Positions 60,065 through 64,000 of a stretch of DNA of 64,000 bases are shown one piece after another (within the stretch, counting starts at the first letter, position 1; each line of letters begins with the position of its first letter). The notes below the pieces were generated by a model. The model saw only the letters and a list, made by a program, of their open reading frames with translations, ran no database searches and had not been told where the DNA came from. This stretch comes from Dehalococcoidia bacterium. Lineage in GTDB: Bacteria > Chloroflexota > Dehalococcoidia > UBA2979. Position numbers and translations under genes: made by a program. The stretch spans positions 29,096-93,095 of the forward strand of contig SHYQ01000001.1 of NCBI GenBank assembly GCA_009692765.1. The letters are read 5' to 3'.

Positions 60065-61297
60065 TCACACCTCGGCGGGCGGCGTCCAGTGTCGCTTGAT
60101 CATCGCGAGGTACGCGGTGAGCGCGATCCCGATGAGGCAGCACGCCGCGATCGTGAAGAACCCGATCGTGAACGACCCCGTGACGTCCTTGATCCACCCA
60201 AGACCCCACGTGGAGGCGAATCCGCCGATGTTCGCGAAGAAGTTCGAGAAGCCGCTGGAAATGCCGGCGCGGCGCGCGCCCAGCAGCTCGATCGGCACGG
60301 CGAAGAGCGGTCCGAAGTAGAACTGCACGAACACCGCGTTCACGCACATCGCCACGATCAGCATCGGCGTGTTGTCGACGAGCACGATCAGCACGCTGGT
60401 CGTCGCGAGCATGGCGAGCGAGAACGCGATGACGCCCAGCGGGTTCGCCAGCCGGTCCGAGACGTAGCCGCCCAGGAAGTTCGACGGCACGCTGAACGCC
60501 GCGCTGAGCGCGAGCAGCAGCCCCGTGGTGTGCAGCGAGAACCCCCGGTCCGCGACGAGCAGCGTGGGCAGCCAGAAGCCGATGCCCAGCGCCACGAAGA
60601 AACGGACGAACTGGATGCCGCCGATCACCCACATCACGCGGTAGCGGAAGAGGCTCAGCGCCTCGCCGACGCTCGCGGCCCGCGCCGCAGCGCGCGGGCG
60701 CTCGCTGGCCAGCCGCCCGTACGCGAGCGCGGCCGCGACGCCGAGGCCCGCGAACAGCATGAACATGGACCGCCAGCCGAACCGCGCCTCAAGCGCCGGC
60801 CCGACGAGGTTCAGGAGGATGTTCGAGGAGAAGCCGCCCACGATGAACAGGCCCATCGCCGTGGCGCGCCGCTGGGGCGGGAACCACGATGCCATGAGCA
60901 CCAGCCCCGGCGCGAACAGCAGCGAGCGGAAGAACCCCGCGGCCCCCTGGTTCAGCAGGAGCAGCGGGTACGAATGGACCAGCGCGAACGTGAACGCCAG
61001 TACGCTGGTCCCCAGCGCGCCGATGAAGAACAGCCGCCGCGGCCCGAACCGATCGACCAGGTAGCCCGCCGGGATCTGCATGAAGGCATAGACGAGCGTG
61101 GCCATCGAGGAAAGCGATCCCCCCTGCGTGAACGTCAGTTCCAACTCGGGGCGAATGCGCGGGAGAAAGAGCGACAGTCCGCCCTGGATCAGCCCCTGGA
61201 ACGCCTGCGAGAGGATGAGCAGGCTGATCGTCAGGATCGCGGCACGCCTCAGTGCAGACGACAGCGGGAGGTCGGGCGGGGCGGAGGCTGATGCCAC
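60065..61297 (-). CDS. MFS transporter
   Basis: QIPAGYLVDRFGPRR (motif A), WFPPQRRATAMG and GGYVSDRL. Confidence 0.9.
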   Translation of the reverse strand: MASASAPPDLPLSSALRRAAILTISLLILSQAFQGLIQGGLSLFLPRIRPELELTFTQGGSLSSMATLVYAFMQIPAGYLVDRFGPRRLFFIGALGTSVLAFTFALVHSYPLLLLNQGAAGFFRSLLFAPGLVLMASWFPPQRRATAMGLFIVGGFSSNILLNLVGPALEARFGWRSMFMLFAGLGVAAALAYGRLASERPRAAARAASVGEALSLFRYRVMWVIGGIQFVRFFVALGIGFWLPTLLVADRGFSLHTTGLLLALSAAFSVPSNFLGGYVSDRLANPLGVIAFSLAMLATTSVLIVLVDNTPMLIVAMCVNAVFVQFYFGPLFAVPIELLGARRAGISSGFSNFFANIGGFASTWGLGWIKDVTGSFTIGFFTIAACCLIGIALTAYLAMIKRHWTPPAEV

Positions 61298-61387
61298 GTT
61301 GCCTCTTACGTCGTGAGGTGTGTGCGAGGGTGTGCAGGGGAGTGACGGCCCGAGCGCGTTGCAGATTGCGGCATCATAGGCGCCGCC

Positions 61388-61894
61388 TTGTGCGCTCGGT
61401 CAAGCCGCGCGCGCATCCGACCGCCGGCCGGGCGCGTACCGTGGGTGTATCGAAAGGCGTGCAGCCATAGCATCTTCGGCGATATCGAGCGACTGCTGGA
61501 CGCGCTGTACCCGTACCGCGTACCGCTCGCGCTCGTCGCACTGCTCGTGACCGCGGGTGCGGGATGGGTGATCGTCCGCCGTGGCGGGCACCGGCCGCTG
61601 CTGCGGCGGATCGGCGCGCACCGCCGCGCAAGCCTCGCCGTCGCCGTGCTCGTGGTCGTTAACGGCTCGGTGATGCGGCTGCGATTCACGCAGCCGGACA
61701 CCCCGCGGCCGTTTCGCGTGCGCCCCACGATCGCCGGCATCCCCGTGCCTTCGCTGGTCGGCCTCGGCGGTGCGCTCGTGCTGTCGGCGTACATGGATCG
61801 CAGCGCGCTCATCGTCGGGGGCGGCGCGCTGATCCTCGGGCTCGCGCTGTCGTTCGTGCTCGTCCAGCGCGACCCTGCCGGAGCGCGCCGCTAG
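61388..61894 (+). pseudogene. Probable chimeric remnant: unknown membrane-protein N-terminus joined to an APC-permease C-terminus
   Basis: VNGSVMRLRFTQPDTPRPFRVRP..PV..LG matches the last two TMs of APC amino-acid permeases, but the ORF is only 168 aa and has no convincing start. Confidence 0.45.
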
Positions 61895-63252
61895 CCCTCA
61901 TCGACGACCTCGGGCGCGTGACGGAAGACGATCCGCAGCGCCACAAACCCAAGGACACCCGACGCAATCGACCCGGTGATAACGCCTAGCTTCGAGTCCG
62001 TCAGCATCCCTGCGCTCGCGTACGACAGCTCGGTGACGAAGAGCGCGACCGTGAAGCCGATGCCCGCCACGATGCCCATCGCGACGATGCCGGCCCAGCC
62101 CACGCCGTCCGGGAGCCGGGCGCCGCCGGCGACCGCCAGCCGGATCGCCACGAAGATGCCGATTGGCTTGCCCACCAGCAGGCCGAGGAACACACCGATC
62201 GCCACGGGCGATGTCATTGCGGCGCCCAGCGTCCCCGGATCCAGCGGCACCCCGGAGTTCGTGAGCGCGAACAGCGGCGCGATGCCGAACGCCACGACCG
62301 GCGTCAGGTCGCGGACCAGCCGGTCCAGCGGCGAGACGTGGTCGCGCGTCTGGCGCGCCAGTTCCAGCGCCACTGTGACCTGCTCATCCTCGTCGTCCGG
62401 CGTCTCCTCTGCACGGTGGAAGCGCTCCGTGAGCAGACGCATGCGTTCGGCGAAGCCCTCCTCCGGCCGCCACGCGCGCCACGGTGCGAGCAACCCCAGC
62501 GCGACGCCGAAGATCGTGGGATGCACGCCGGACTCGAGCATCGCCGCCCAGCCGAGGATGCCCAGCACGAAGTACAGCGGGAGGTACCAGACGCCGCTCT
62601 GCCGCAGCACGTAGCACGCGATCAGGATCGTCGCGACCGCCGCCAGCGCCCACGCCTCCAGGTTGGAGGCGTAGAAGACCGCGATCACCACGATGCCGCC
62701 GATGTCGTCGACGATCGCCAGCGCGAGCAGCATCACGCGCAGCCCGAACGGTACCCGCGGTCCCACGAGCGTCAGCACGCCCACGGCGAACGCGATGTCA
62801 GTGGCGACCGGGATGCCCCAGCCATGCGCGCCCTCACCGCCGGCGACGATCGTCGCGAAGATGACCGCCGGCGCGATCATCCCGCCGAGCGCGCCAGCGA
62901 TCGGCACGATCACCCGCCGCAACTCCGACAGCTCGCCGATCATCGCCTCGCGCTTGATCTCCAAGCCGACGACGAAGAAGAAGAAGACCATCAAGACGTC
63001 GTTCACCCAGAAGTGGAACGGCTCGTCGACGGTCCAGAAGCCGAGCGACACCGCGATGTGGTGGTCGCGCAGCGCATGGTAGACGGGGGCCCACGGCGAG
63101 TTCGCCCACGCCAGCGCGAGCAGCGCGCCGGCCAGCAGCACCACGCCGCTGGCGCTCTCCACGGCCATGAACTGGGTGACCGGCCGCACCAGTCGGTCGA
63201 CGCGCGCACGCCGCGCGTGCAGCCGCGAGTGGTGGTGGGTATCGGAAGTCAT
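61891..63252 (-). CDS. nhaA: Na+/H+ antiporter NhaA
   Basis: ESASGVVL, WVNDVLM.FFFFVVGLEIKRE, GWGIPVATDIAFA, LAIVDD, SGVH, GKPIGI and GIGFT. Confidence 0.95.
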   Translation of the reverse strand: MTSDTHHHSRLHARRARVDRLVRPVTQFMAVESASGVVLLAGALLALAWANSPWAPVYHALRDHHIAVSLGFWTVDEPFHFWVNDVLMVFFFFVVGLEIKREAMIGELSELRRVIVPIAGALGGMIAPAVIFATIVAGGEGAHGWGIPVATDIAFAVGVLTLVGPRVPFGLRVMLLALAIVDDIGGIVVIAVFYASNLEAWALAAVATILIACYVLRQSGVWYLPLYFVLGILGWAAMLESGVHPTIFGVALGLLAPWRAWRPEEGFAERMRLLTERFHRAEETPDDEDEQVTVALELARQTRDHVSPLDRLVRDLTPVVAFGIAPLFALTNSGVPLDPGTLGAAMTSPVAIGVFLGLLVGKPIGIFVAIRLAVAGGARLPDGVGWAGIVAMGIVAGIGFTVALFVTELSYASAGMLTDSKLGVITGSIASGVLGFVALRIVFRHAPEVVDEG

Positions 63253-63379
63253 CGCGCTCCCTGATCGTCGTCGACGATGGCGGTGATTGTCGCCATCGAG
63301 GTGTTTCTGCGCGATTACACTCCGCCCGCCTTCACCGCGGTCGCGGTGCCCGGACGCTCTGGCGGCTGGCGCCGCCGCG

Positions 63380-63706
63380 TTAGCGGAGCGGCGAGAAGTC
63401 GGTCGGGGTCAGGAAGCGGTTCTCGATGTGGTGCACCAGCGGGCCGTCCGCCTCGGTCGCTGCGCGCGCGGCGTGCCACGCCGGGTCGGCCTGGAACGTG
63501 CCCCACGCGCGCTCGCGGTGAGCCATGCTGTCGAAGGCGACGATGTAGACGAACTCGTCGCTGCGGCCCCCCACCGTGTTCGTCCAGTAGGCCACGCTCT
63601 TGATGCCGTGCTTCTCGAAGAACCCCATCGTGGTGTCCCGAAAGCGCGCCTGGAGCGCCGGCATCTTGCCCGGGTTCACGTAGTAGAGACGCAGTTCGTA
63701 CAGCAT
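63380..63706 (-). CDS. NIPSNAP family protein
   Basis: MLYELRLY..PGK...RF, FEKHGI, W..F.ADP.W and FLTPTDFSP. GGAGGA RBS. Confidence 0.9.
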   Translation of the reverse strand: MLYELRLYYVNPGKMPALQARFRDTTMGFFEKHGIKSVAYWTNTVGGRSDEFVYIVAFDSMAHRERAWGTFQADPAWHAARAATEADGPLVHHIENRFLTPTDFSPLR

Positions 63707-63822
63707 CGTTCGATCCTCCATGCGCGACACGGCGCGCTTCGTCACGGTACACGCCCCGCCGCATTCGGCAAGGTGTCCCGGGGCGGGGCCCGCCACCCGA
63801 GGGTGGGCACGCCTTGCCGCCT

Positions 63823-63871
63823 CGCTGACGCAGCAACGCCGCCCCATCGGGGCGGCGTTGCTGCGTCAGCG
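63823..63871. terminator. 23-bp perfect inverted repeat downstream of hppA
   Basis: CGCTGACGCAGCAACGCCGCCCC-ATC-GGGGCGGCGTTGCTGCGTCAGCG. Confidence 0.75.
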
Positions 63872-63911
63872 GCTGTCGCGAGGGGCCGCGGGCGACCCCT
63901 CGGGCCCTGTC

Positions 63912-64000
63912 CTAGCCCACGAAGAGGGGTGCGAGCACCAGCGTCACCGTGGCGAGGAGTTTGATGAGCACGTGGAGCGACGGGCCGGCGGTGTCCTTGA
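63912..64000 (-). CDS. hppA: 3' end of a membrane-bound H+/Na+-translocating pyrophosphatase (partial)
   Basis: Minus strand reads KDTAGPSLHVLIKLLATVTLVLAPLFVG*, the conserved C-terminus of membrane PPases. Confidence 0.88.
   Translation of the reverse strand, partial: KDTAGPSLHVLIKLLATVTLVLAPLFVG

Overview
Very GC-rich bacterial chromosomal window, probably Chloroflexota/Dehalococcoidia-like. This is inferred from Gram-positive-type GAAC-N4-GTTC SOS boxes, LLM/MaoC gene content and a small CxxHH..CxxC protein. It has about 55 genes and no rRNA, tRNA, CRISPR array or recognisable transposase/integrase. Main blocks: (1) a classical menaquinone pathway (menF, then menD-H-B-A-C-E), with an oppositely oriented damage-response block between menF and menD: SplB-like radical SAM, SOS box, catalytically dead imuB, a separate ImuB-C-terminal-like small gene and dnaE2; (2) a PHP-MaoC fusion followed by two duplicated MaoC proteins; (3) a hidden selenoprotein, a DsbA/FrnE-like oxidoreductase with an in-frame UGA in a U-P-W-C motif and a SECIS-like hairpin, which the ORF track splits in two; (4) a tightly coupled archaeal-style nurA-herA-sbcD(mre11)-sbcC(rad50) operon with a near-consensus LexA box and an apparently leaderless promoter; (5) housekeeping and transport genes (acsA, rnd, typA, xth, ABC exporters, MacAB-like system, MFS, OatA-like acyltransferase, DEAD-box helicase with a long structured leader, nhaA, hppA end). 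Several genes carry single-base frameshifts, mostly at short G runs, which suggests assembly indel errors. All calls come from motif recognition by eye; no database searches were run.
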